Of a stretch of DNA of 64,000 nucleotides, positions 10,433-25,437 are shown piece after piece. The stretch comes from Eledone cirrhosa (taxonomy: Eukaryota), in assembly GCA_964016885.1 (NCBI GenBank), contig OZ024741.1:288796001-288860000 (forward strand). The letters are read 5' to 3'. How positions within the stretch are numbered: the first letter of the stretch is position 1; each line of letters opens with the position of its first letter. The position numbers and the translations under genes were made by a program. The notes under the pieces were generated by a model. That model worked only from the letters and a program-made list of their open reading frames with translations, did not search any database and had not been told where the DNA came from.

Positions 10433-13400
10433 GTAGTGGTGGTGGCTGTGGTGGTGGCGGTTGTGGTGATGGTGGTGGTGGTAATTGCGGTTGTGGTGGT
10501 GGTTGTGGTGATGGTGGTTGTTGTGGTGGTTGTGGTGGTGGTGGTTGTTGTGGTGGTGGTTGTGGTGGTGGTTGTTGTGGTGGTGGTTGTGGTGGTGGTT
10601 GTGGTGGTGGTTGTGGTGGTGGTTGTTGTGGTGGTGGTTGTGGTGGTGGTTGTTGTGGTGGTGGTTGTGGTGGTTGTGGTGGTGGTGGTTGTGGTGGTGG
10701 TTGTGGTGGTGGTTGTGGTGGTGGTTGTGGTGGTGGTGGTTGTTGTGGTGGTGGTGTTGGTGTTGGTTGTGGTGGTGGTGGTTGTGGTGATGCTGGTTGT
10801 GGTGGTGGTGGTTGTGGTGGTGGTGGTGGTTTGGGTGGTTGTCGTGATGTTGGTTGTGGTAATTGCGGTTGTGGTGGTGGTGGTTGTGGTGGTGGTGGTT
10901 GTTGTGATGGTGGTTGTGGTGGTGGTGGTTGTGGTGGTGGTGGTTGTGGTGGTGGTGGTTGTGGTGGTGGTGGTTGTGGTGGTTGTTGTGGTGGTGGTTG
11001 TGGTGATGGTAGTTGTGGTGGTGGTGTTGGTGTTGGTTGTGGTGGTGGTGGTTGTGGTGATGGTGGTTGTGGTGGTGGTGGTTGTGGTGGTGGTGGTGGT
11101 GGTTTGGGTGGTTGTCGTGATGTTGGTTGTGGTAATTGCGGTTGTGGTGGTGGTGGTTGTGGTGGTGGTGGTTGTTGTGATGGTGGTTGTGGTGGTGGTG
11201 GTTGTGGTGGTGGTGGTTGTGGTGGTGGTGGTTGTGGTGGTGGTGGTTGTGGTGGTTGTTGTGGTGGTGGTTGTGGTGATGGTAGTTGTGGTGGTGGTGT
11301 TGGTGTTGGTTGTGGTGGTGGTGGTGGTTGTGGTGATGGTGGTTGTGGTGGTGGTGGTTGTGGTGGTGGTGGTGGTTTGGGTGGTTGTCGTGATGTTGGT
11401 TGTGGTAATTGCGGTTGTGGTGGTGGTGGTTGTGGTGGTGGTGGTTGTTGTGATGGTGGTTGTGGTGGTGGTGGTTGTGGTGGTGGTGGTTGTGGTGATG
11501 GTGGTTGTGGTGATGGTGGTTGTGGTGATGGTGGTTGTGGAGGTGGTAGTTGTGGTGGTGGTGTTGGTTGTGGTGGTGGTAGTTGGGGTGATGGTGGTTG
11601 TAGTGATGGTGGAGGTGGAGTTGTGGTGGTGGTGGTGGTTGTGGTGGTGGTAGTTATGGTGATGGTTGTTATGGTGATGGTGGTTGTGGAGGTGGTGGTG
11701 GTGGTGGTGGTGGTGGTTTGGAAGGTTGTCGTCATGTTGGTTGTGGTAATTGCGGTGGTTGTGGTGGTGGTGGTTGTTGAGGTGGTAGTTGTGGTGGTGG
11801 TGGTGGTGGTTGTGGTTGTGGTGGTAATGGTTGTGGTGATGGTGGTTGTAGTGATGGTGGTTGTGGAGGTGGTAGTTGTTGTGGTGGTGGTGGTTGTGGT
11901 GGTGGTAGTTGTGGTGATGGAGGTTGTGGTGATGGTGGTTGTGGAGGTGGTTGTTGTGGTGGTTGTGGTGGTGGTAGTTGTGGTGATGGTGGTTGTAGTG
12001 ATGGGGGTTGTGGAGGTTGTAGTTGTGGTGGTGGTGGTAGTTGTGGTGGGGGTAGTTGTGGTGATGGTGGTTGTGGAGGTGGTAGTTGTGGTGGTGGTGG
12101 TAGTTGTCGTGGTGATGGTGGTTGTAGTGATGGTGGTTGTGGGGGTGATAGTTGTGGTGGTGGTGATGGTAGTTGTGGTGGTGGTGGATGTGGTGGTTGT
12201 GATGATGGTGGTAGTGGAGGTGGTAGTTGTGGTGGTGGTGGTTGTGGTGGTGGTAGTTGTGATGATGGTGGTTGTGGTGATGGTGGTTGTGGAGGTGGTA
12301 GTTGTGGTGGTGGTGGTGGTTGTGGTGGTGGTGTTTGGTTGTGCTTGTGGTGGTTGTGGTGATGGTGGTTGTAGTGATGGTGGTTGTGGTGGTGGTAGTT
12401 TTGGTGATGGTGGTTGTGGTGATGGTGGTTGTGGAGGTGGTGGTAGTAGAGGTGGTAGTTGTGGTGGTGGTGGTGGTTGTGGTGGTGCTAGTTGTGGTGA
12501 TGGTGGTTGTAGTGATGGTGGTTGTGCAGGTGGTAGTTGTTGTGGTGGTGGTGGTTGTTGTGGTGGTAGTTGTGGTGATGGTGGTTGTGGTGATGGTGGT
12601 TGTGGAGGTGGTAGTTGTGGTGGTGGTGGTGTGGTTGTGGTGGTGGTAGTTGTGGTGATGGTGGTTGTAGTGATGGTGGTTGTGTAGGTTGTAGTTGTGG
12701 TGGTGGTGGTAGTTGTGGTGGGGGTAGTTGTGGTGAAGGTGGTTGAGGAGGTGGTAGTTGTGGTGGTGGTAGTTGTGGTGATGGTGGTTGTAGCGATGGT
12801 GGTTGTGGGGGTGATAGTTGTGGTGGTGGTGGTAGTTGTGGTGGTGGTGGTAGTTGTGGTGGTGGTGGATGTGGTGGTTGTGATGATGGTGGTAGTCGAG
12901 GTGGTAGTTGTGGTGGTGGTGGTTGTGGTGGTTGTAGTTGTGATGATGGTGGTTGTGGTGATGGTGGTTGTGGTGCTGGTGTTTGTGGAGGTGGTAGTTG
13001 TGGTGGTGGTGGTGGTTGTGGTGGTGGTAGTTGTGGTGATGGTGGTTGTAGTGATGGTGGTTGTGGAGGTGGTAGTTGTTGTTGTGGTGGTGGTTGTTGT
13101 GGTGGTAGTTGTGGTGATGGTGGTTGTGGTGATGGTGGTTGTGGAGGTGGTAGTTGTGGTGGTGGTGGTGGTTGTGGTGGTGGTAGTTGTGGTGATGGTG
13201 GTTGTAGTGATGGTGGTTGTGTAGGTTGTAGTTGTGGTGGTGGTGGTAGTTGTGGTGGGGGTAGTTGTGGTGATGGTGGTTGTAGTGATGGTGGTTGTGG
13301 GGGTGGTAGTTGTGGTGGTGGTGGTGGTGGTTGTGGTGGTGGTGGTTGTGGTGATGGTTGTTGTGGTGATGGTGGTAGTGGAGGTGGTAGTTGTGGTGGT

Positions 13401-14785
13401 GGTGGTTGTGGTGGTGGTAGTTTTGGTGATGGTGGTTGTGGTGATGGTGGTTGTGGAGGTGGTAGTTGTGGTGGTGGTGGTGGTTGTGGTGGTGGTGGTT
13501 GTGGTGATGGTGGTTGTGGTGATGGTGGTAGTGGAGGTGGTAGTTGTGGTGGTGGTGGTGGTTGTGGTGGTGGTAGTTGTGTTGATGGTGGTTGTGGTGA
13601 TGGTGGTTGTGGAGGTGGTAGTTGTGCTGGTGGTGGTGGTTGTGGTGGTGGTGGTTGTGGTGCTGTGGTTGTGGTGATGGTGGTTGTGGAGGTGGTAGTT
13701 GTGGTGGTGGTGGTGGTTGTGGTGGTGGTAGTTGTGGTGATGGTGGTTGTGGTGATAGTGGTTGTGGAGGTGGTAGTTGTGGTGGTGGTAGTTGTGGTGA
13801 TGGTGGTTGTGGAGGTGGTGGTGGTGGAGGTGGTAGTTGTGGTGGTGGTGGTGGTTGTGGTGGTGATAGTTGTGGTGATGGTGGTTGTGGTGATGGTGGT
13901 TGTAGAGGTAGTAGTTGTGGTGGTGGTGGTGGTTGTGGTGGTGGTAGTTGTGGTGATGGTGGTTGTAGTGATGGTGGTTGTGGAGGATGTAATTGTGGTG
14001 GTGGTGGTAGTTGTGGTGGGGGTAGTTGTGGTGATGGTGGTTGAGGAGGTGGTAGTTGTGGTGGTGGTAGTTGTGGTGATGGTGGTTGTAGTGATGGTGG
14101 TTGTGGGGTGGTAGTTGTGGTGGTGGTGGTGGTTGTGGTGGTGGTGGTTGTGGTGATGGTTGTTGTGGTGATGGTGGTAGTGGAGGTGGTAGTTGTGGTG
14201 GTGCTGGTGGTTGTGGTGGTGGTAGTTGTGGTGATGGTGGTTGTGGTGATGGTGGTTGTGGAGGTGGTAGTTGTGGTGGTGGTTGTCGTGGTGGTGGTTG
14301 TGGTGATGGTGGTTGTGGTGATGGTGGTAGTGGAGGTGGAAGTTGTGGTGGTGGTGGTGGTGGTTGTGGTGGTGGTAGTTGTGGTGATGGTGGTTGTGGT
14401 GATGGTGGTTGTGGAGGTGGTAGTTATGGTGGTGGTGGTGGTTGTGGTGGTGTTGGTTGTGGTGATGGTGGTTGTGGTGATGGTGGTAGTGGAGGTGGTA
14501 GTTGTGGTGGTGGTGGTGGTGGTTGTGGTGGTGCTAGTTGTGTTGATGGTTGTTGCGGTGATGGTGGTTGTGGAGGTGGTAGTTGTGGTGGTGGTGGTAG
14601 TTGTGGTGGTGGTGGTTGTGGTGACGGTGGTTGTGGTGGTGGTGGTTGTGGTGGTGGTGGTTGTGGTGATGGTGGTTTTGGTGGTGGTGGTTGTTATGGT
14701 GGTGGTTGTAGTGATGTTGGTTGTGGTAATGTTGTCGGTGTTGTTGTTGGAGGTAGTGGTAGTGGAAAAGTTTGTGGTGGTTGTG
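10433..14785. repeat. 4.3-kb (GGT/GTT/GAT)-based complex minisatellite with higher-order units
   Basis: Marker ttgggtggttgtcgtgatg recurs at 10831, 11104 and 11377 (273-bp period). Confidence 0.95.
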
Positions 14786-14877
14786 TTTCTTTCGTTGCTT
14801 TTCATTTAAATTTCGCACAGACAACATAGACCACTCATATTTCTCTCTCTCTCTCTCTCTGTATATATATATGTATA

Positions 14878-15050
14878 GGTGGTTGACGGTTTCTTGACCA
14901 CTATTTCAGTTTTGTATGGCGTCTTAACATATTGTTTAGCTCTGGTGTTTTAATTATGGAGCGCTTGCTAGCATTATTTCTTATTTCTGATTTTTGCGTT
15001 TCGTTTCGCCTTTTCTACTGCCCGAAATGCGATTCTCGCTAAATGTATAT
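14878..15050. repeat. (TA)n-flanked interspersed repeat, unclassified
   Basis: Reverse complement aligns with 58105-58275. Confidence 0.7.
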
Positions 15051-15062
15051 TTATGTATATAA

Positions 15063-15122
<60 letters not shown>

Positions 15123-15301
15123 GTATATCTATATTTTTATTATATACATGTATATATATATATATATTAGAATTGGTGCTCTGAAATAGCTATATATATA
15201 TGAATGTATATACAGTGTATTTTGCAATACACTGTATGCTTAATTAAAAGCATTTCGAAGACGTTATTGTTTTAGAGTAGTGACAGACTCACTTATTTTA
15301 A

Positions 15302-15393
15302 TTTCAGCAAACAGGGGGAGATAAAGCTGACAAGGCCTTGTTTCGCATTTATTTATGCTTATCAAAGCCAACTACTCCTCCTGTTTGCTGAAA
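15302..15393 (-). ncRNA. Type I hammerhead ribozyme, U3-A8 core variant
   Basis: GGCT-TTGATAA-GCAT(AAATAA)ATGC-GAAAC-AAGGCCTT-GTC^AGCT on a ~19-bp extended stem I (TTTCAGCAAACAGGAGGAG / CTCCCCCTGTTTGCTGAAA). Confidence 0.8.
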
Positions 15394-15805
15394 ATCATGG
15401 ATGTTTGGTTCTTATAAAATTCTAGTAAATAATCAGGAACTGATTATATAGAGCGGTTGCCGGTCAAGCAGAAATTGAAAATTAGAATTGGTGCTCTGAA
15501 ATAGCTATATATATATGAATGTTTATATAGTGTATTTTGCAATACACTGTATGCTTAATTAAAAGCATTTCGAAGACCTTATGCTATTGTTTTAGAGTAG
15601 TGACAGACTCACTTACTTTAATTTCAGCAAACAAATTTTAATTAAGCATACAATGTATTGCAAAATACACTATATATACATTCATATATATATAGCTATT
15701 TCAGAGCACCAATTCTAATTTTCAATTTCTGCTTGACCGGCAACCGCTCTATATAATCAGTTCCTGATTATTTACTAGAATTTTATAAGAACCAAACATC
15801 CATGA

Positions 15806-15897
15806 TTTCAGCAAACAGGAGGAGTGGTTGGGTTTGATAAGCATCAATAAATGCGAAACAAGGCCTTGTCAGCTTTATCTCCCCCTGTTTGCTGAAA
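15806..15897 (+). ncRNA. Type I hammerhead ribozyme, inverted copy of 15302-15393
   Basis: Same TTGATAA...GAAACAAGGCCTTGTC motif with one mismatch in proximal stem I; predicted cut after 15870. Confidence 0.7.
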
Positions 15898-15996
15898 TTA
15901 AAGTAAGTGAGACTGTCACTACTCTAAAACAATAACGTCTTCGAAATGCTTTTAATTAAGCATACAGTGTATTGCAAAATACACTATATATACTTT

Positions 15997-16129
<133 letters not shown>

Positions 16130-16252
16130 GTGTATATATGAGTGTGTGTGTGTGTGTGTGTGTGCGAAATCTAAATGAAAAACTAAGAAGGAAACAACAA
16201 TAGAGTTCAATGAAGATATATTTTTATATATTAGATATGTATGTATATCTAA

Positions 16253-16311
<59 letters not shown>

Positions 16312-16339
16312 CCTACCTATCTGTCTATCTGTCTGTCTA

Positions 16340-16407
<68 letters not shown>

Positions 16408-16489
16408 TATATATATGTTAATACACATATATGCGTTTATACATATAAATATACTTAAGTTATTATGTCTCTTTACGTTCTGAGTTCAA

Positions 16490-16589
16490 ATGAAGAAGAA
16501 GAAGACGAAGAAGAAGAAGAAGAAGAAGAAGAAGAAGAAGAAGAAGAAGAAGAAGAAGAAGAAGAAGAAGAAGAAGAAGAAGAAGAAGA
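16490..16589. repeat. (GAA)n microsatellite
   Basis: Direct. Confidence 0.95.
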
Positions 16590-17074
16590 GTTATATAGAT
16601 GAGATAGTATTTGGAAGAAGTGGAAGGAAAATCAGAGAGGACTGGACTGGTAAGAAAAGTAGAAGGATAAAATTATCAGAAGGATGAGGAGACACATAGT
16701 GACTGGGTGTATGGAGAGAGGAAGGAGAAACGAAAGGAAAGAAAAAAAAATGTTGAACTTGAGACGTCTTTCTGTAGAAGTTGGCTTCTATTCACCCGGA
16801 TAAACGCCGAATTAAATATAAAACAGAAAGCCGCAGAGAATGAGATTGGGAGGTGATAGAAGATGAACAAAGTAAGGAAGGAAAATAAAAGAAACAATAT
16901 CAAATTGGACATAAAAAACAACAAAATAAAAGTTACGACACATTACATATGTTAAAATAGTAAAAGGTAATGGCGGAAACATTGTTGTTGAATTAACGAT
17001 GATACGATTATTAAATGGAGAAGGGTGGTAGATTGCTAGAAAGTTTACAGCGCCGGACAAATGCTTTCCCTTAT

Positions 17075-17231
17075 TTGTTTCTACTCTTTACCTTCTGAGT
17101 ACAAATCCAGCCGATATCCCGTGTCACTCATCCTTTTAGCGTTGATAAAATAAAGTACCAGCCAGTACTTAGGTCGCTGTAATCGACTTTCCTCTCCTCA
17201 CAAATTGCTGGCTTTGTGTCTGAATTACAAT
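17075..17231 (+). mobile_element. Degenerate tRNA-derived SINE, long variant
   Basis: ttgataaaataaagtacc...aatcgactttcctctcc...aaattgctggctttgtg. Confidence 0.65.
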
Positions 17232-17690
17232 TCAGTGAGCAATTATGGCTTGGGAGCGGTTCTGTGTATTAACAAGGACAATCTGAACATGCTCTTCAGA
17301 TGGACTTTCATGTCGAGGATCATGGACAATTAAAAACATTCCTTGGCATGGCAGTGATACAGAGAGTGATATCTGGTTAGAGACAAGCTCGACAGGCACG
17401 GAAGTGCCAACAGCCAGACACGTCCAAAATGCATGCCGGAAGACGAAACCGTTATGCATGTTATCATCTAGTACCCGTGCATTGCTGAGTTGTGCTTTTG
17501 TATCGAACAACTGCTATCATGTGTTGGACTAATACGGCTATTATCCGTGTCTATAATGAAAATTGGACCAGCATCTTCTTTTAAAAGAGGGTCATGTCAA
17601 ATCTTCCCATGTCTGTTAGTTGTATTGTGGACTCGTCTAAAAGGATTGAGGGCAGGAATCTATCTCTCTGGCAAAGCCCTCATCAACAGA
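17232..17690 (+). pseudogene. Decayed Tx1-like ORF2 C-terminal fragment
   Basis: Broken frames read SLAWQ*YRE..VRDKLDRHGS..TCPKC..DETVMHVII*YPCIAEL..IEQLLS..WTRLKGL..GKALIN, colinear with the C-terminus of ORF2 at 3121-6540. Confidence 0.8.
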
Positions 17691-19254
17691 CATACGGTTA
17701 CATGATATACACATATATTTGCATCCACAGTCATTATAACATCACCTCTACTCCTCCGTCACAGGTATGAGTTTGTGCGCGCGTATACGCCTACGCATTT
17801 ACACGCCATCACACACCACCAACACACACTCCATGGTTCTTGCTTAAGAATACAAGTGTGCTTGTATCCCTTGCGTGGCAAGCAGAGCCGGGGATATGGT
17901 ACCATCGATGTTGAAACATTCCTAGCATTTATTCCACCCGCTCCACTTCCCATCTCTATCCACCTCAAGCATGGAGTGACTCGACACTTCGTAGTTAAGC
18001 TGTTTACTGATGTACCGCTATATCATCATACGCGAGGCCAAACAGTTTCTCTTGCAGTCATACCACAAAATGAGACAATACAACAATCATATTCGGTACA
18101 ACATCCTTTTCTCTACAACTTTTTTCCACTGTTTCTGCATTTGTGTATATCAATGTGTACGTAGAATTTCATATCCATATTTGTGTACCTTCCTGCGTTG
18201 GTTAGCTCACGCACGCTCATTCCTACACACCTTTAAACTCTCACAGCAGCCAACTCCGTTCTGGTCCAACGCCCATCCTTCATACCATTGCACAGAAAAA
18301 CGAACGAACATACATACACACACAAAAGCAATCACATGCACACAAACACACGTGCATGCACTTATGCACAAATACACGCATGCACAATGGAGCATCATGG
18401 GATTGACGAAGTCCTACATTTAAGGAACAAAAAGGTGTTCACTTTGCATTAGGAAAAATATTGCAGGGTTTGAAGCGCTCCACCAAATATTTGAATAAGA
18501 CTGAATTATTCAAGAGCTACCCAATCATTAAGACACACTATTATCAATATAGAGCAATAACTTTAAAACCCTACAACTACTTAAATAACCCATCACCAAG
18601 ATACTTATGATTACATACACGCACACATATACTGAGATTTGCAAACACACATTAATATAATAATAAGCTTAACAAAATAAACCCAAATTTAGCAAGAGAT
18701 ATTCCCCCTGAACAAGAAAAAACAAAACAATAATCAATCATTATACTATAATATTCCAGCTCTGTATATAACATAGAGCGCGCTGTTTCCTTTACTTGTG
18801 CTACAGAATCACTTAATGTTACTTTTGTTATAAGTATTCACGGTGAAGCTTTCACCGTTTCGAAAAGTTAAACACTAGGGCAGAGAATACTTTATATATA
18901 TATAAAGATGGCTGACAGTTTGTTAGTTAAGACCTGTAAGACAATTATTTAGGAAGACAAGATTAAGTAAATAGAACAAAATCAAAGCAAAGAGGGAAAC
19001 ATCGAGGAGCAAGAACAGTTATTGAGAAAGTTACAGAAAGCTTTGGCAATTAAATAACAATCTGGTTACTGAACGAACCAACGAATAGATTAGTTACGTA
19101 ACTAATAATAAAATTAAAGTAAATCTCAACAAGTGTATGTGTATATTAGCTACATGATCCTCCCAAAATATAACAATATAGATATATGTATATACATACA
19201 CACACATATATGTATATATAAGTATACACACACACGCACACACACATATATATA

Positions 19255-19511
19255 TAATTCTGTCACTACGACAACAGAGGTGCGACAAGCTTTTGATTCC
19301 AGAGTCGGGCCAGATCGATACAGATCGAACCTTGAGCTGATCAATAGCGAAACGTGCGTCACCAATCTATAAACGTAACGAAGGCTTAACAAATCATCCT
19401 TGTATTATATTTACACTCTGTTTAGCTCTACACCTCGCTAAAGACGTGAATCTAAACATCCAGTGCTCACCTAGGTGAACCTACAGTAACTTCACGTTAC
19501 ACTCCCTGGAT
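19255..19511 (+). mobile_element. (TA)n-flanked unit with degenerate hammerhead (same family as 27862-28105)
   Basis: GGT-gcgacaa-GC...GC-GAAAC-GTGC-GTC-ACC; shares the terminus cacgttacactccctggata with the 27862 copy. Confidence 0.7.
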
Positions 19512-19589
19512 ATATATATATATAGTGGTAGAACACTGGAAGGTAATATTCGTAGTGGTAGAGCACTCAGTCCATGGGACGAGTTAGGT

Positions 19590-19730
19590 AGAAGTGGTTA
19601 CACAACAATTAGTTCACCATACCGAGAACAATTGTTTTACCTTAGAGGATCCTCCAGCTCGATTACGAGCTGAGGATCCGCTAAGGTGAAACAATTGTTC
19701 TCGGTATGGTGAACTAACTGTTGTGTAACC

Positions 19731-19736
<6 letters not shown>
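19590..19736. repeat. Near-perfect 147-bp palindrome (fold-back hammerhead unit)
   Basis: Arms agaagtggttacacaac...cagctcg / cgagctg...gttgtgtaaccacttct. Confidence 0.9.
19666..19703 (+). ncRNA. Minimal type I hammerhead ribozyme
   Basis: CGAG-CTGAGGA-TCC(GCTAA)GGT-GAAAC-AATT-GTT^CTCG; stem III is the palindrome ACAATTGT. Confidence 0.75.
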
Positions 19737-19785
<49 letters not shown>

Positions 19786-20300
19786 CATATATATATATGT
19801 GTGTGGCTGTGTGTGTGTGTGTGTATGTGTGTGTGTATGCACTCCCTCTCACGAAGACCCTCTCTCTTTCAATGTCACATCGCCGGCAGTTCACAATCTT
19901 TTTCTCAACCATATCCGCCCCCGTCTTCTTCTACTCTTCTCTCTCCCCACCGCAGCACAACGGAATATTTTACATACCTCCTCCCACTTGTCAACCTCCC
20001 CACCCTCATCTTCCCCTTTCTTCTCCTACTTCTCTTCCTCATCGTCGCTCTCCTTCCACTTCTTCCTCCCTCCTTCCCTCCAACTACCACCACACTCTTT
20101 GTTCACCATCTCAATCACGACAACGTGACTCTCGTTTGTCAGTATTTCCTATAGGACTCTTTCATTAAAATATTAATCAATTACCTCAACTTAAGACAGT
20201 GGACGGGAAGAGGTAAAATGGGTTAGGGGAGACTTTTTAGGGATTTCTCTGCATACATTCTCTGCCTTTCCCCATTTTGTTTTTATTTTCATTTTGTTGA

Positions 20301-20506
20301 TCTTCTTCTTCTTCTTCTTCTTCTTCTTCTTCTTCTTCTTCTTCTTCTTCTTCTTCTTCTTCTCCTCCTCCTCCTCCTCCTCCTCCTCCTCCTCCTCCTC
20401 CTCCTCTTCGCCGCCGTCGTCAGTAGTAGTAGTAGTAGTAGTAGAAGTAGCATCAGCCCCAGTAGTAGTAATAGAAGTACTAGTAGTAGTAGTAGTAGTA
20501 GTAGTA
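20301..20506. repeat. Compound (CTT)n(CCT)n(TAG)n microsatellite
   Basis: Direct. Confidence 0.95.
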
Positions 20507-20844
20507 TTTCTTGTTATCATTTCTTGTTATACGTTAGGTGTTGAGAGTCTTAAAATGAGAGAGAAAGAGACGAAGTTGTTTGGCAATCGTTGCTTCTGTT
20601 GTTTTTTTGTTTGTTTGTTTTTTACAATTTTGAAGGAGGTTTAGGGAGTTTATATTGGTGGTTATTGGAAAGTAACATTTTATATTTATCCCCCAAAACA
20701 AAATTTAAAGAAAAAAGAAAAAAAAAAAAAGAAAGCAAATAAGAAAAACAGAAATCCCAACATAATTGTCCTTCGGCTTGCAAAATACGCACCAAGAAGC
20801 ATGCCAGCATAAACATACTCCAAAAATGCACATATACATCCATG

Positions 20845-20935
<91 letters not shown>

Positions 20936-21043
20936 GGGGGGGGGGTATATGTATATATATATATAGGGGTTTCAAAAGCAAACATGAATAATTAGATTCT
21001 GAAGGTGCTATAGTAATATTAATGATAGAGTAATTTTGATAAT

Positions 21044-21220
21044 AATTGTTTCTACTTTTGGCACAAGGCCAGCAATTACCCAGTACATAACTGGTACTTT
21101 ATTTTATCGACCCCGTAAGGATGAAAGGCAAAGTTAACCTCGACGGCATTTGAACTCAGACCGTAAAGGGACGTAACTATGCTGGAAAGCATGGCGTCCG
21201 ACCCTCTACCGATACTGCCT
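21044..21220 (-). mobile_element. tRNA-derived SINE, short variant
   Basis: Homologous to the other copies. Confidence 0.9.
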
Positions 21221-21367
21221 GATAATAATAATATTTTGAACATATAACGAGAATATTTTTCCTGCGAGAGTTTTGCAAAGTGCTCAACGAAATAGGAAGA
21301 ATTCAAATCTTAGAGCTAATATATATATGTTTATAAAAGTGTTTAAACGGATTGCTACGTGGAAAAT

Positions 21368-21552
21368 AATTGTTTCTACTTTTGGCACAAGGCCAGCAAT
21401 TATCCCAGTGTATTACTGGTGCTTTATTTTACCGACCCTGTAAGGATGAAAGGCAAAGTCAATCTCGGCGGGATTTGAACTCAGATCGTAAAGGGACGTA
21501 ACTATGCTGGAAAGCATGGCGACCGTCCCTCTACCGATACTGTCAATCCAAC
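21368..21552 (-). mobile_element. tRNA-derived SINE, short variant
   Basis: Homologous; part of a tandem SINE-plus-flank duplication. Confidence 0.9.
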
Positions 21553-21967
21553 GAGAATATTTTTCTTGCGAGAGTTTTGCAAAATACACAATGAAATAGG
21601 AAGAATTGAAATTTTAGAGCCATGATAGATATATATATTTATACCAGAAACGGAGTGTCACGTGAAAAATAATATATATATATATATATATTTGCCCTTG
21701 ACACTCTGTCATATTTCTAGTGAAAATGTATATATAAATGTTTATATATACATTCTACTGTCATCAACAGGTTACGAAGTTGGCAATATAAGGGCATTAG
21801 TGCTTTCTTTACATGCCGGTCTCGTGTTAAATATACACTAAATTGTTTAGTATGCTCGCGTTTCTGTGTGTTTACTTGAATGTGTGTTGGTGATTAAGTA
21901 TGTATATACATTTGTTGAAATGCATAAATCTATGTGAATATCGATCTTGATATGTGCATGCACATAT

Positions 21968-22058
<91 letters not shown>

Positions 22059-22092
22059 TATTTATATATCTATATATATCTATATATCTAAC

Positions 22093-22164
<72 letters not shown>

Positions 22165-22181
22165 TAGATAGATAGATAGAT

Positions 22182-22252
<71 letters not shown>

Positions 22253-22544
22253 ATTGTAAAGTTATATAGCCCTATATTGTTTTCAGTACCCGATTGACTC
22301 AATGAAACCTATATAAGGACATATATTTGTTTTATTGATTTATTATCGAACTGTTGTAGTGATTCTTTCGTGTTTTCCCCTTTACGGTCCTTTTTCCAGC
22401 CACTGGAGGTACACATTGTGCCTATAACCCAAATATCGGCGGGTAACAAAATGAAAAATTACTGGATATTGGCATTCCTAGGTAATCATCGATGACATCA
22501 ACATTATCATGGTCGCCATTGTCGCCATCACCACCTCCATTAAT

Positions 22545-23414
22545 CACAACCCACCACCATCCTCACCACCACCACCACCACAACCACCAGGACTACCAAG
22601 GTCAACAACACCATCATCACCACCAAGACCACCACCACTATCACCATCCTCACCACCACCACCACCACCACCACCACCACCACCACCACCAGGACTACCA
22701 AGGTCAACAACACCATCATCACCACCAACACCACCACCACCACCACCATCCTCACCACCAACACCACCACCACCACCACCACCACCAGGACTACCAAGGT
22801 CAACAACACCATCATAACCACCAAGACCACCACCACTATCACCATCCTCACCACCACCAACACCACCACCACCAACACCAACACCACCACCACCAACACC
22901 ACCACCACTATCACCATCCTCACCACCACCACCACCACCACCACCACCACCAGGACTACCAAGGTCAACAACACCATCCTCACCACCAACACCACCACCA
23001 CTATCACCATCCTCACCACCAACACCACCACCACCACCACCACCACCAGGACTACCAAGACCAAGACCACCATCATCACCACCAACACCACCACCACTAT
23101 CACCATCCTCACCACCAACACCACCACCACCACCAGGACTACCAAGACCAAGACCACCATCATCACCACCAACACCACCACCACTATCAGCATCCTCACC
23201 ACCACCACCACCACCACCACCACCACCACCATCACCACCACCACCACCACCACCGCCACCACCACCACCAAGACTACCAAGACCAAGACCACCATCATCA
23301 CCACCATCACCACCATCACCACCACCATCAGCAACATCACCACCACCACCACCACCACCATCAGCAACATCACCACCACCACCACCACCACTACCACCAC
23401 CAACACCATCATCA

Positions 23415-23450
<36 letters not shown>

Positions 23451-24490
23451 CCACCACCAATACCCCCGCCACCACCATCACCACTACCACCTCCACTACC
23501 ATCAATATCACCACTACCATCGTAATCATCGTTGTAATCAATATTTTCATGATCAATACCATCACTCCCATTATCAGGAAGACCATGACAACTACCACCG
23601 CCCCACCATCACAACCACCACCACCACCACCATCACAACCACCACAACCACCACCGCCACCACCATCACAACCACCACCACCACCACCACCATCACAACC
23701 ACCACAACCACCATCACAACCACCACAACCACCACCACCACCACCATCACAACCACCACCACCTCCATCACAACCACCACCACCACCACCACCACCACCA
23801 CCACCACCACCTCCATCACAACCACCACCACAGACATCTCTAACAATCAAAGCCTCTTCGCCACTATCAATATCTTCCCCATCACCACAACCATAAACAT
23901 CACCATCACCATCACCACAACCACCACCACCGCCACACACCACCACTACCACCACCATCACCACCACAACTACCACCACCATCACCACCACCACCACCAC
24001 CAATACGAACACCACCACTACCACCACCACCACCACCACCACCACCACCACCACCACCACCACCACCACAACTACCATCACCATCACCACCACCAGCACC
24101 AATGCGAACACCACCACTACCACCACCACCACCACCACCACCACAACTACCACCACCATCACCACCATCACCACCATACAACTACTATCAACAACACCAT
24201 CACAAACATCACCATCACCGTCACCACCGCCACAAACATCACCACCGCACAAACATCACCACCACCACCACCATACAACTACTATCAACAACACCACCAT
24301 CACCACCGCACAAACATCACCACCACCACCACCACCACCATCAATACAACTACTATCAACAACACCACCACCACCATCACCACCGCACAAACATCACCAC
24401 CACTACCACCACCACCACCATACAACTACTATCAACAACACCACCACCATCACCACCGCACAAACACCACCACCACCATCTATACCATCT
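22545..24490. repeat. (CAC)-based complex minisatellite
   Basis: Recurring caccaggactaccaaggtcaacaacaccatc units among CAC runs. Confidence 0.92.
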
Positions 24491-24599
24491 CTACTAGACG
24501 CCTTTCTTACGTTACTACCTCACTCTCTCACTTTCTGCGTTTATGTCTTTCATTCCTTGCTTCTCTCTCTCGCGAACGCCCTTTCCATCTATATACACA

Positions 24600-25437
<838 letters not shown>

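Noticed and set aside
10333-14805. 1490-aa Thr/His/Pro ORF and overlapping Val/Gly ORFs
   Set aside because: A trinucleotide satellite open in several frames on both strands, with composition switching at indels; no domain.
17760-18600. Higher-complexity stretch with 129- and 137-aa ORFs as possible host exons
   Set aside because: No recognisable motifs or convincing splice structure; may be a decayed retroelement, but I cannot support a call.
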